Shown: positions 10,297 through 20,119, counted from the first letter of the stretch. The stretch: DNA of 64,000 bases from a virus (IMGVR_UViG_3300031998_000003:64001-128000), one strand, 5' to 3'. Notes: generated by a model not told the origin, from the sequence alone. A program made the numbers and translations.

Positions 10297-11061
10297 TTAT
10301 CGAACTGCATAAAGAACGTGTTCAAGCATGAATGACGGAACATGACCATATACACTTCCGAAACAATCTTCTGTCGGACCATTCACTGTATATGTTGGAA
10401 TCCGCGTAATACAGATATGATCGTCTCGAGACGTTTCACCAAGCGTTCCATCATCTTGTAATCCAATTGATCGAGCCAGGACATCTGCTCTGATTGTGAA
10501 CCGCATCGGTTTCTTTTCTTTTGCGTCATAATAGATGAAAATCGCACGTGTATCATCCGTGTCGAATCCATCACAGATTATGGTTGTTCGAAATCTGTCT
10601 GAACCGTCACCGTATTCATTTGTAAACGTGGGTCCAATACCATTCCGTGTCAACCGATTATACAAAGCGGAACCTTGTGCCAGAATCAGTTCATATGGCA
10701 TACCCTGACGAAAATAATCACCGACACGGAATTTGTATTTAACTTTAACATTCTTATTCATGACTTTCGCATCTCCAAATACAATATGATTTTCGTCAAT
10801 ATACTTTTCGATTGCTTCTCTCATAGAATCATCGAAACGTTTATCGAGTTTATGCTGGGTGTCATCATGAAATGAGATCAATTCATCAATCGAAACTCTG
10901 AACCAGTAATCCCGATAGTATACCCATTTCACGGTGTTATCCGATGGACAAATGGTTGCAATATGACCTCGAACTTCAACTGTCCAAGGTTCGCACTGGA
11001 AATGATTTGTCACATGCATTCGGTGTTTTACTTCCGAAACAACTGTCCCACCATGCATCAT
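10297..11061 (-). CDS. Hypothetical protein with recurring beta-rich domain
   Basis: SD AGGAGG; DYFRQGMPYEL...FTIRADVL. Confidence 0.65.
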   Translation of the reverse strand: MMHGGTVVSEVKHRMHVTNHFQCEPWTVEVRGHIATICPSDNTVKWVYYRDYWFRVSIDELISFHDDTQHKLDKRFDDSMREAIEKYIDENHIVFGDAKVMNKNVKVKYKFRVGDYFRQGMPYELILAQGSALYNRLTRNGIGPTFTNEYGDGSDRFRTTIICDGFDTDDTRAIFIYYDAKEKKPMRFTIRADVLARSIGLQDDGTLGETSRDDHICITRIPTYTVNGPTEDCFGSVYGHVPSFMLEHVLYAVR

Positions 11062-11065
11062 ATTA

Positions 11066-11848
11066 TCAGTCCCTCCTGTATTTTAAATGATAATGTTCGA
11101 TGATCTTATTCAAATCATTCGCGAACAATTTCTGAATATCGGTCATCCATGGATGATTATCACAAATGATTCCTTTCTTTTGGTCGACTTTATTCTCAGA
11201 AGGATCAGCCACGCTCAAGTATCGGTTATAATCAAAGAACAATCTGATGATACGATCATCCACATCAATCAGTTTATCTGGATTCTTAAATATGACTGTG
11301 CAGCTGCCTGTTGAATCCATGAAAATGATATCAATGTTTGCTTCCGCAGAATAACACCTTTCCTCTGTATTGGTGTCAATATGAAGCTGATGCCATTTGA
11401 TTCGATCAACAAATGCTTTCTGAACAGAATTTTTCAGAGCTTTATATAACAAATCTTGTTTCGGAAAACGGACATAACATGACCGTTCACGATACGTCTC
11501 TTCCTTCATTAATACATAATCTGGATTATCGTAAACAGTTGAATGTACCGCATAACTCTGCATGTTTTTATCTATTTTCGAATCCAATACGACGATTGCA
11601 CGAACTTTCGGATTCCCCATGATCAAATTCAGGATGTTAATGATGTCATATTCTGTATCTTCTTCTTCGAATTGAATACCGACAATAATTTCATCCGTGA
11701 ACAGAAAATCAGAAATACCATACAGAAGTTCATATCGTAATACAACGTCACAATAGAATGTTGATTTACGATGTTGACTCTTTTCATCATAAACATTCTT
11801 CAAAAATGGCTGAATTCGAATGTTTTTCATTATTGAACATCCTTTCAA
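11066..11848 (-). CDS. Hypothetical protein
   Basis: 260-aa ORF. Confidence 0.65.
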   Translation of the reverse strand: MKGCSIMKNIRIQPFLKNVYDEKSQHRKSTFYCDVVLRYELLYGISDFLFTDEIIVGIQFEEEDTEYDIINILNLIMGNPKVRAIVVLDSKIDKNMQSYAVHSTVYDNPDYVLMKEETYRERSCYVRFPKQDLLYKALKNSVQKAFVDRIKWHQLHIDTNTEERCYSAEANIDIIFMDSTGSCTVIFKNPDKLIDVDDRIIRLFFDYNRYLSVADPSENKVDQKKGIICDNHPWMTDIQKLFANDLNKIIEHYHLKYRRD

Positions 11849-11856
11849 AAAATTGT

Positions 11857-11882
11857 ATATGGGGCGGTTTCCCGCCCCATAT
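11857..11882 (-). terminator. Intrinsic terminator after thyX
   Basis: ATATGGGGCGG-TTTC-CCGCCCCATAT. Confidence 0.75.
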
Positions 11883-11893
11883 TTTTTATCAGT

Positions 11894-12907
11894 TTATTTC
11901 AGTCTTCCTTCAGAATGCTTCACGAGGTCCGGATACACAAGTTCCAACAACTCTTTGAACTGCGGGTGAGGAGCTCCGGTCGTTCCATGCATTCTCAGAT
12001 TCAGCTTGTGCTGCCACTGAGATTCGAAACAAGCATTCCAGATATCAGCTTTGATGTCATGTGGGAGTCTTCCACGAGCAGCCTGTGCAGAAATACCATG
12101 CTTGACGAACCACATATACGATTCTTCGTCAGCTTTGGTGTCTTTCAACCATCTCTCATATGCTTCCGGATTATCACGGATCTCCTTCATCGGCTCAATG
12201 ATCGTGAGTTCTCCACCGAACTTCTTGACATCATACTTGCAGTAGCGAGTGCTCTCCATCGCATAAGACTCCTCTTCACGATGTCTGACAAGCTCATGGG
12301 TGATACCACGGTTTGTGGTGAACATGACAATGTGTGGGATGATGTCACTCAGATACATGTCGAAGTATCCGTGAGACTTGTAGTCCTGAATCAGCTCTTC
12401 TCTTGTGAAGAACATGAACGGGGACTTGACATCATCCGGATTATTTGTTTCAGAATCGTCATACTCCGGTTCATACTTCTGGTGGAGTTTGTTATAGAGA
12501 TCCCCATATACTTCCGGATACTTTCGAGCCAGGCACCAGACGAGATCCATGAACCCGTCAAAATAATCCTGGTCAAACATGAACTCACCACGAAGCCATT
12601 GTGTAAACCAGTCATAGTATGCGCGGAAGTTGCCGACAGCATATTCACCGGACATATGAATGAAATGCGGTTTGGTAGCCTGGAAGAATTCGAGGAAATC
12701 GATATCGGTAATCTTCAGATAGACATAACCGAATTCGATCATTGCAAGGTGACACCTTCTCACAAGAGCTGCAACAAACTTTGTTGCGGATTCCTCAGTG
12801 ATTTTGTCTTCAGACTTGTAGCAGGTTCTTCCAACTTTCTCGATGATTTGATACTGTGTCATGCCTGTGGTGTCAAGCAGATGTGCTTCTTGCTTAATGA
12901 TTTTCAT
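11894..12907 (-). CDS. thyX: FAD-dependent thymidylate synthase
   Basis: GRTCYKS, HELVRHR(x7)STRY signature, AARGRLP, LR...AHPQ-like C-terminus. Confidence 0.93.
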   Translation of the reverse strand: MKIIKQEAHLLDTTGMTQYQIIEKVGRTCYKSEDKITEESATKFVAALVRRCHLAMIEFGYVYLKITDIDFLEFFQATKPHFIHMSGEYAVGNFRAYYDWFTQWLRGEFMFDQDYFDGFMDLVWCLARKYPEVYGDLYNKLHQKYEPEYDDSETNNPDDVKSPFMFFTREELIQDYKSHGYFDMYLSDIIPHIVMFTTNRGITHELVRHREEESYAMESTRYCKYDVKKFGGELTIIEPMKEIRDNPEAYERWLKDTKADEESYMWFVKHGISAQAARGRLPHDIKADIWNACFESQWQHKLNLRMHGTTGAPHPQFKELLELVYPDLVKHSEGRLK

Positions 12908-13410
12908 TTTGATTTGTCCTCCTTATTATTCAATTCATTCAGTTTAGTTTCCTTCAGAGCAAGTAGTTCTTCTAACCATCGAACCCTCTGCCAATCCAGT
13001 TCGCTATTCTCAAAACTGAAACCTAGAACCATTTTATCATTTTCGATTGTTCTTTTCAGTTCATCAATGTCTTCAATGAGACGATTGGCATCTTGTAAAA
13101 TACCTTCTGTTGTGATCATTATCTGATCATGTTTACTGGAAGCGATGTACTTGATCCAGACTTCTTCGTTTTTGATATCCTTATCCATAATACGAAGTTG
13201 AATAATCGGTGCTCGTTCACCCAAGACATTGAAATCCCAGAATAAAGGTTCACCATTTTTCGAATATACGCATTGCTCAAGTATAGCAGCATAACTTTGC
13301 CTAAGGACAATCTCGCTGAGATCAATACCTTCTGTCTGTAAAACCTGACAGCGCAATCGGTTATCCAAGAACTTTATGAGATAAAAATCTCCTCGTTTTG
13401 ATTCAGTCAT
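12904..13410 (-). CDS. Hypothetical protein (beta-rich domain plus coiled coil)
   Basis: RGDFYLI...LRIMDKDIKNEEVWI. Confidence 0.6.
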   Translation of the reverse strand: MTESKRGDFYLIKFLDNRLRCQVLQTEGIDLSEIVLRQSYAAILEQCVYSKNGEPLFWDFNVLGERAPIIQLRIMDKDIKNEEVWIKYIASSKHDQIMITTEGILQDANRLIEDIDELKRTIENDKMVLGFSFENSELDWQRVRWLEELLALKETKLNELNNKEDKSK

Positions 13411-13691
13411 GATTCGCTATTCTCCATTGATTCTTCACAGGCTTCATCAAATTCTTCCTCTTCGGATTTGGATGTCAACTCTCCGACACATTCGACGGCG
13501 ACTTTATATGCATTCTCGAAGTTTGCATCTGTACCGATCGACTCGTCTTTATACCTAGAACTCATGTCTGCAAACCGAACGGTCCAACCATTCGGACCAG
13601 CATCAATACGCACGGACAATCCATACTTATCCACGAAATGTTCAGTCCGTTCAATTTCAGATACCGGCATCATGCCGAAAAATCTTTTCAT
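13407..13691 (-). CDS. Hypothetical protein
   Basis: SD AAGGAGG; packed operon. Confidence 0.65.
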   Translation of the reverse strand: MKRFFGMMPVSEIERTEHFVDKYGLSVRIDAGPNGWTVRFADMSSRYKDESIGTDANFENAYKVAVECVGELTSKSEEEEFDEACEESMENSES

Positions 13692-13706
13692 TATGATTTA
13701 TCCTCC

Positions 13707-14510
13707 TTAGTTTTTATATGGTTTTGTCAAACCCCTGCGTGTAAAGAGCCTGTGGAAATCATTGATACTGATCTTCATTTCACCAATACGGATATACTCA
13801 ATTTTTAGTTCCCTGAGATATTTGTTTGTATACGGAAACCAACAACAGGGATATGCCTCATTCAGTGCGATATCAGCGATCCAATAGAAATCATCTTCTG
13901 TGAGTGGATGATCTCCATCAGCTTCCCAGTCCTTGTAATTGTTTCGCATATCCATCCAACCAATCTCGAGAGCACCTTCCAGCAGTGTTGGAACATATCT
14001 CACTCGATCAATCAATTGCATCCAATGTGGAAACAATATGATCCTCCTGCACTTCGGACATGTCACGAATGGATATCGATGATATGGGAAATGATTGAGT
14101 AACCTGGCATTCAGTGTTTGATACATATCGATACTGTTCAATTTGTCGCGAAGATCAGTATAACTGATCGGCGAAGTCTGATGACAGTAGATACACTTCA
14201 TTGTGAACCGATGCCTTTCGAATGGCGTCATATATCTGACATAGGGAGGATACCTGACCGGATCACGACCAGGTATTACTTTCTTACGAAGATCCTCAAT
14301 GTCCAAATACACCATAATTTTGAAGTCATCTTCTTTTGAAAATTCTTTAAACGGATTTGTGAGGTATGGAATGACGAATGTCCTGTTTGGGCTAAGTCCG
14401 TACTCATCGTTCATTTTGACCTTTTCTATAGGAACGTCACTCTTCGGAATCGGAGTTGCCATTGTCATCCTCCTTTTCAAATAATGTGGCATGATGTTCA
14501 AGAATATCAC
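13707..14510 (-). CDS. Zn-ribbon-containing hypothetical protein
   Basis: CIYC...CPKC; likely start near MATPIP. Confidence 0.6.
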   Translation of the reverse strand: MIFLNIMPHYLKRRMTMATPIPKSDVPIEKVKMNDEYGLSPNRTFVIPYLTNPFKEFSKEDDFKIMVYLDIEDLRKKVIPGRDPVRYPPYVRYMTPFERHRFTMKCIYCHQTSPISYTDLRDKLNSIDMYQTLNARLLNHFPYHRYPFVTCPKCRRIILFPHWMQLIDRVRYVPTLLEGALEIGWMDMRNNYKDWEADGDHPLTEDDFYWIADIALNEAYPCCWFPYTNKYLRELKIEYIRIGEMKISINDFHRLFTRRGLTKPYKN

Positions 14511-14883
14511 CAGATCCTGTCACAAACTGTCGATCGTTTGATATCGGGTTATTCTTTTCAGCATGATCGACCGCGTTGAAATACGTGTTGAGTGTTTCGA
14601 CTTCCTCAAACGATTGCATCGGTTTTGTAAGACCGATATCGAGATTAAGCGGTTCAATCTCTTCAGCAAGAGTCTCGTGATATTCAAAGACCGCTTCGTC
14701 TTCTGTCATTTCAATCTTGTCAAAATTGAAGAAGTGTGGTGGAAGTGAATTAATAAAATCCGCTGCAGCTTGTTCAAGGGTAACACCCAGCGGAAGTTCA
14801 CTCCGTTTGATTACATGTGTAATTTTGTCCACTCTTATCACCTTCATCAAAGTCGAGTTTAACATATCCATTATCGATTTCAC
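14437..14883 (-). CDS. Hypothetical protein
   Basis: ORF in packed operon. Confidence 0.55.
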   Translation of the reverse strand: MKSIMDMLNSTLMKVIRVDKITHVIKRSELPLGVTLEQAAADFINSLPPHFFNFDKIEMTEDEAVFEYHETLAEEIEPLNLDIGLTKPMQSFEEVETLNTYFNAVDHAEKNNPISNDRQFVTGSGDILEHHATLFEKEDDNGNSDSEE

Positions 14884-15154
14884 TCTTCAACACACGGATA
14901 TACTTCCGTGTGTTCGATAGCTTGATGTCGAATGCCCATACAGACATGTCAGGACACGGTACCGTTGACATGAGTTCACACGGATACCACACACCTGTCG
15001 TCAATCCATAGTTCTGCATGATAGCAACATATTTGTCTTCATATGGATTGTGATCAGGTGTCGGAATCTCGTGATATGTATCTCTATCACATATCATGAA
15101 TCGCACATTGTGTGTATCATGTTTTGCAGATATCAAATCCATAAAATTTAACAT
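14798..15154 (-). CDS. Hypothetical protein, possible recurring beta-rich domain
   Basis: GVWYPCEL...IRVLKSEIDNGYVKL. Confidence 0.55.
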   Translation of the reverse strand: MLNFMDLISAKHDTHNVRFMICDRDTYHEIPTPDHNPYEDKYVAIMQNYGLTTGVWYPCELMSTVPCPDMSVWAFDIKLSNTRKYIRVLKSEIDNGYVKLDFDEGDKSGQNYTCNQTE

Positions 15155-15455
15155 CTCCTTTTGGTGATATACCGATTCTGGCTTCGGTTGTTACATCGGG
15201 ATGTTGAGCAATATCAACATGTGCCTGTGTAGGATGGTCAATTTCACCTAACCATTTTCCTTCTTTGATCAATCGATCATGACGCTTTTCGAAGTCAGCA
15301 ATGGCATCTGATATAAATTCCGGAGAATATATGCGCCCATTCCGGTTCTTATATCTGATAACTTTCTTGCGAATGAATCTTTTGTATTCGTAGCCATGGA
15401 TGAGTCCATGTCTTTTCGCAAGTCTATTAAGTTTCTTACGTTTCCGCCAATTCAT
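15117..15455 (-). CDS. Basic-leader protein carrying a prohead-protease-like fragment
   Basis: MNWRKRKKL leader; NRNGRIYS...LGEIDHP as in T4 gp21-type proteases. Confidence 0.65.
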   Translation of the reverse strand: MNWRKRKKLNRLAKRHGLIHGYEYKRFIRKKVIRYKNRNGRIYSPEFISDAIADFEKRHDRLIKEGKWLGEIDHPTQAHVDIAQHPDVTTEARIGISPKGDVKFYGFDICKT

Positions 15456-15882
15456 TCAAGCACCCCCTTCTCTCACAGAACTCTTTCAATTTTGGAAGCA
15501 GTGTCGAATTGATGTAGTCCTCGCGCAGATCATACCAATCATTGTATTTTGACTCAAAGTACTTTGCCTCCTCGAAATCATTCATGAAGTCAGTATTATC
15601 TTCTGCAAATCGATACATCAGATATCTCTGTTTTAACGTCATCTCTCTCAGATGCTCCATCAGAGCTCCAACAAGATGACGTTCAATGCGATCCTTGTTC
15701 TCCGGTTTTCCACAATCCGCAAGCGTCGCATTGATACATGCAATATCCAAGTTTTCTTCATCAACAACGACATGTGCAAGACCACCAGACGAACATCCAT
15801 CCAGTGTATAAATCGTCCATGTTAACATGAGACAAATTGGCATGTTGGGATGACACGGTACACGTTCAATATTTGCATTCAT
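15436..15882 (-). CDS. Hypothetical protein
   Basis: SD GGAGG; GGLAHVVVDEENL motif. Confidence 0.65.
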   Translation of the reverse strand: MNANIERVPCHPNMPICLMLTWTIYTLDGCSSGGLAHVVVDEENLDIACINATLADCGKPENKDRIERHLVGALMEHLREMTLKQRYLMYRFAEDNTDFMNDFEEAKYFESKYNDWYDLREDYINSTLLPKLKEFCERRGCLNELAET

Positions 15883-16089
15883 TTTTATTCATCCTCCATG
15901 TATTTCGATTCTATGATGAGAATCATCAATTTCGGTTTTATAACCTTCATCAAGATCTAAACATCTTTCATCCAGATGTGCACCATGAGGATGATATATT
16001 TCATCACACACGAATTCCAGATCATAGTCCCCATACCCTTTTTCAATAAGCCCTTGCATGAGCTCAACGATTTTCCGAACTCTCATTCT

Positions 16090-17082
16090 TCATTTTTCGT
16101 CCTTTCTGTTGTAGTGGTTATTGATGTTCGCCATCATCAGATACTCGTTGATCTTCAACTTAAGTACATCATACCATCTGTCAGTTGGAAGATGCTCACA
16201 GTCGACCGCGTTGTATATCATCGGATACGGTAAACGTACAAAAGTTCTTGGATCAAGTTGAAGAATATCCGTCTGATGACTCGTGTGTGGTATATCGATA
16301 CGAATCAGACCATTATCGAAACATGTCAACCACATACTTGCTGGGTTATATGCTCCACTACAAGTCCACGTTCGTCCCCAGTATACTTCGAACTCATCTT
16401 TGGCGAATGTACTGAAAAATGATTTGATTCCATTAGTCTGACCAATAACGGTCGGAAGATAACGTTTGTCAAGTTCTGCAGCCATAACATTGAGAATCTG
16501 AATCAGACCAATTGAAAACAAATACCGTCCATTCAGCATAGCTTCTTTCTTCATTCGTTCACCGGAATCATCCATCATTTCACCGATGAGATATGGTGGC
16601 CAGATATCCATCTCTTTCTCAATGTCTTTGACATAGTCAGTGATCATCTTATCTCTTTGCTCTTCTCTCGAGCAATTGTAATTATTCCGTCCAAGCTCGA
16701 ATTCAATTTCGTTTTTGATATCGAAATATGTGTGGAACGGTTGATCTTTGTCAAGCTCTTTGAGCATTTCAGACTTCTTGAATCCCATACACTGTTCAAC
16801 CCAATCCGGATCAGCACAGCTCAGATGATATATCCGTTCGTTGAGCATGAGCATTTCCATCGCTTTCGGATCAATGATACATAAACCCTGGTTGTATGAT
16901 AGATACACGAACAGAATCTGAATGTCAGGATTGTCCGGATCTGCAGGTTTCGGGTCGAGTCTCCGGAATCTAATCAGCGTGTATGGATCCCAGTAGTGGG
17001 CTGGATAATCATGAACATACGACGCATTATACCTCTTTTCACAGAGATACTTATACAACGCGCAAAAGTATAGACGATTCAT
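16090..17082 (-). CDS. Hypothetical protein
   Basis: 330-aa ORF, SD AAGGAGG. Confidence 0.7.
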   Translation of the reverse strand: MNRLYFCALYKYLCEKRYNASYVHDYPAHYWDPYTLIRFRRLDPKPADPDNPDIQILFVYLSYNQGLCIIDPKAMEMLMLNERIYHLSCADPDWVEQCMGFKKSEMLKELDKDQPFHTYFDIKNEIEFELGRNNYNCSREEQRDKMITDYVKDIEKEMDIWPPYLIGEMMDDSGERMKKEAMLNGRYLFSIGLIQILNVMAAELDKRYLPTVIGQTNGIKSFFSTFAKDEFEVYWGRTWTCSGAYNPASMWLTCFDNGLIRIDIPHTSHQTDILQLDPRTFVRLPYPMIYNAVDCEHLPTDRWYDVLKLKINEYLMMANINNHYNRKDEK

Positions 17083-17432
17083 TCGTCATCCTCCTTCTCA
17101 TTATCCCATGGACGGCATACTGTCAAATTCACAGCCCCATAGTAATTCATATGATCAGCTGTGTCGATGTCGATATCCTTGACCCATTCAAGGAATCTCG
17201 GATAAGTGTCGTCCTCATCGTTGTTGCTCACGTTCAGAAAATGTGCAGACCAAGTTTCTGAGAAAGCAAACCATAGTTTCTCGAGTGTCATCAAATCACA
17301 GTTGATCTTGATATGATCGGCTTCGAGAAAGTTGACAAGCTTTTTCATGTCAGCCGGAAATTCGAAGTTACACTCTTCAAACGGTGTTGGTGGAAATTCA
17401 AGACATTTCATTTCTGAATACCTCCTAACCAT
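17079..17432 (-). CDS. Hypothetical protein
   Basis: ORF in packed operon. Confidence 0.6.
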   Translation of the reverse strand: MVRRYSEMKCLEFPPTPFEECNFEFPADMKKLVNFLEADHIKINCDLMTLEKLWFAFSETWSAHFLNVSNNDEDDTYPRFLEWVKDIDIDTADHMNYYGAVNLTVCRPWDNEKEDDE

Positions 17433-17800
17433 TCCTGATATCTGTTATACACTTCCTGAAATACGTCGGTTGTACATTCACCATTGTGAAAGTCCGCTGT
17501 GAAACTCAGTGTGATATTCGATGCATCATCAGATGATGTCATTGCTGATGGATAACACCCCTGTGCAATCTGCATATGCTTGATAGCTTTTCCAGATTTG
17601 CTAGTTGTGATAAGCAACATGTCAACTCCAGTTCCAGCTTTATGTGCTTCGGAACGATGTTTGCCTTCGACAAACCATTCGTAGAACGTTTGCCCACCGT
17701 GCTTCATACCGAAATCAAGAATCCGTTTCCATTCCTTGAATTTGGAATATCTGAAGTATCCACGGCGTTTTTCAAGTTTCTTCTTTTGGCGTCTGTTCAT
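17408..17800 (-). CDS. Basic-leader family protein
   Basis: MNRRQKKKLEKRRGYFRY leader; SD GGAGG. Confidence 0.7.
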   Translation of the reverse strand: MNRRQKKKLEKRRGYFRYSKFKEWKRILDFGMKHGGQTFYEWFVEGKHRSEAHKAGTGVDMLLITTSKSGKAIKHMQIAQGCYPSAMTSSDDASNITLSFTADFHNGECTTDVFQEVYNRYQEWLGGIQK

Positions 17801-18098
17801 TTTTCAAATCCTCCGGTGTAGGAAATAACCCATTCCATTCAGGTTTGAGTTTTGTAATCCCCATGTAGTCAACAAATCCAAGTTGTTCTTTCCGTGTTCG
17901 ATCACACATTTCACTTACCGCTGATTCAATCTTTTTACCGATCAATACTCGCCAAGCTTCACTTCGTTTCTCTTTGCAATATGTCATATATAGGTCGAGA
18001 TGACATAGCCCATAAATTACACTTCTCCATTCATAATAATGGGATTTTCCATGCGCATGTGCGATTTTACGAAGCTTCTTACGTTTTCTCCAGTTCAT
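17772..18098 (-). CDS. Basic-leader family protein
   Basis: Start reassigned to MNWRKRKKLRKIAHAHG after SD GGAGGGG. Confidence 0.7.
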   Translation of the reverse strand: MNWRKRKKLRKIAHAHGKSHYYEWRSVIYGLCHLDLYMTYCKEKRSEAWRVLIGKKIESAVSEMCDRTRKEQLGFVDYMGITKLKPEWNGLFPTPEDLKNEQTPKEET

Positions 18099-18117
18099 TA
18101 TAACCCCTCCAAGAGTA

Positions 18118-18480
18118 TCAATCAAAATTGTGTTTGACGATAATATTTGTTGGTTTGTCAATTTTGATTGATTGAGATGTGGATTCGTCATTTGTAAATT
18201 GAACGATCATCTCGTTCTGTTGTTCAAGATCGTCAACGTTCTTCATAACTTTTGCATACCATTCTTCCTGAGTCATACAATACTCAGGAAGTCCGGCTTT
18301 GCAAAACATTTGATTCATTCTGGGAAGAACCTCTGACCAGTGAATCAAACAGTTCTTGAGTGCATACTCGAATGCGGCGTAATGAATACAAAACTTCAGA
18401 TTACGTTTGTATTCCCAGTAATGGGTGTATCCATAATGATGAGCGATTCTACGCTGTTTCTTACGTTTCCGCCAATGCAC
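18118..18480 (-). CDS. Basic-leader family protein
   Basis: MHWRKRKKQRRIAHHYG; SD GGAGG, GTG start. Confidence 0.7.
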   Translation of the reverse strand: MHWRKRKKQRRIAHHYGYTHYWEYKRNLKFCIHYAAFEYALKNCLIHWSEVLPRMNQMFCKAGLPEYCMTQEEWYAKVMKNVDDLEQQNEMIVQFTNDESTSQSIKIDKPTNIIVKHNFD

Positions 18481-19272
18481 TCAATCCACCTCCATTCCCA
18501 TCGCTTCACATGAATTACCGGCAAATCGTTTGCGTCGATCAATAAGATCATCAAGATGTTCCTCAATACGTTCACCATCAGTAGGACCCAGATCGATCGG
18601 ACCGAGATGAATCGGTTCGGACGGAGTCTCTTCAACACCTTTGATGGACATGTTACCATATCGACCGACAACTTTACGTAAATCAATCGTAGCACTTGAA
18701 GGATACTCAATCGCAGAACCACCCAGGATATGCTCATCAGCCATAATCTGCCTACGCATGCGATCTGTATCACCATGCTCAATTGTCAGCTTAGCTGACA
18801 CCATTTCAGGCATCTCACGAATAGCTGACAGTTTGGCTGATGTCATCGATTTATGACCGTCAAGCGGACCCTTTGGAAGCGGTACTGCAAGCTCATCTGG
18901 TTTGTATCCGTTCTTGAAAGAATCCTCATCGATGGAGAATGAATGGATTTTATCACCGACCATTCGCATGCTCATTGATGGAATCACGTCAGGTTTCACA
19001 ATATCAGCATATCTACCGAAACTGGAAACGACACAATTTTCCAATTCCGGCATTCCGTACCGTCTATATTTCCTGTTGAAAATCTTTGTCGGAGCTTTCG
19101 TGAATAAAACGGTTTTTGCATAATTAAACATATACTGCTTAAAAGCATACGGACCGTCGTTATTGACAACAGGTCCAAAGATATCGTACAGAATCTTCAC
19201 CCGCAATTTATAATCGCGATAATGAAAGAATCCTGCACGATTCTCAAGTTTCTTCTTTTGACGCTTGTTCAT
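18481..19272 (-). CDS. Basic-leader family protein
   Basis: MNKRQKKKLENRAGFFHY leader. Confidence 0.7.
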   Translation of the reverse strand: MNKRQKKKLENRAGFFHYRDYKLRVKILYDIFGPVVNNDGPYAFKQYMFNYAKTVLFTKAPTKIFNRKYRRYGMPELENCVVSSFGRYADIVKPDVIPSMSMRMVGDKIHSFSIDEDSFKNGYKPDELAVPLPKGPLDGHKSMTSAKLSAIREMPEMVSAKLTIEHGDTDRMRRQIMADEHILGGSAIEYPSSATIDLRKVVGRYGNMSIKGVEETPSEPIHLGPIDLGPTDGERIEEHLDDLIDRRKRFAGNSCEAMGMEVD

Positions 19273-19822
19273 TTGCCTTTCCTCCATTCAGTATATTTCT
19301 GATCTCATCTTTCAAATGTCCTGCAGCCCAGTTGTCATCAACAAACGAATCGATCAACGCATTAATTTTTTCGATCATCACATCGGTTTTCGGAATATTG
19401 ATACCGATTTTCTTAGCAGTCGCCTCGGTAATCACTTTTTCCAGATTTGGATCGTATTGCTTACAAATCCGCAACCATTCACCGGAAAGTTGATGATCCA
19501 TAAATATTGAACTGAATTTACTTGCTCCCGGATAATTGTTTCTTATATAATGCAACATGATATCGTTGACGATATCTTGGTTCGGTATTCCAAATACACA
19601 AGCGGTAACTTCTCCTTTATAAGCGTCAATCCAGCATGGGTGCTCATTCAAAGACTCAAAGTCAATCTTGTTCCATTCCTCTGTACTGTAATCTTTGAAG
19701 TTGATACGCTGTGTGCGGTTTTTGTCAACAAACAATTCAAATGTGTCATGCCACATCACAACCCGAAGTTTTACTCGAGTAGGGGAAACCCTTTCAAGGA
19801 ATGTTACAAATGATATTGCCAT
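19244..19822 (-). CDS. Hypothetical protein
   Basis: SD GAAAGGAG. Confidence 0.65.
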   Translation of the reverse strand: MAISFVTFLERVSPTRVKLRVVMWHDTFELFVDKNRTQRINFKDYSTEEWNKIDFESLNEHPCWIDAYKGEVTACVFGIPNQDIVNDIMLHYIRNNYPGASKFSSIFMDHQLSGEWLRICKQYDPNLEKVITEATAKKIGINIPKTDVMIEKINALIDSFVDDNWAAGHLKDEIRNILNGGKANEQASKEET

Positions 19823-19834
19823 GAGTTTCTCCTT

Positions 19835-20119
19835 TCAGAATTGATGGAATGTGACGGTTTCATTCGATGGATCCACATTAATGTTGTCTGTGCAAATTGT
19901 TGTTTTACACGGATACATTCCATTGTTAGTCATATAACTGTTGGATTTGAACTCATAGTTTCTGTCGGAAAAGTCAAATACACGAAACGGGAGCACAACG
20001 GCTCCCGTCCCATCCATGTTTGTTTCACGTTTTGCTTCACAACAAAACTTAATTTGATAATTGCCAGCACCCGTTGTCTCAAGTGATTCAAGAATTGCTT
20101 TCAATTGACTCACTGTCAT
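19835..20119 (-). CDS. Hypothetical protein
   Basis: MTVSQLKAILE-type phage N-terminus; SD AAGGAGG. Confidence 0.6.
   Translation of the reverse strand: MTVSQLKAILESLETTGAGNYQIKFCCEAKRETNMDGTGAVVLPFRVFDFSDRNYEFKSNSYMTNNGMYPCKTTICTDNINVDPSNETVTFHQF

Noticed and set aside
11915-13126. 403-aa plus-strand ORF
   Set aside because: Antisense shadow of thyX and its neighbour; no SD or motifs; explained by codon bias
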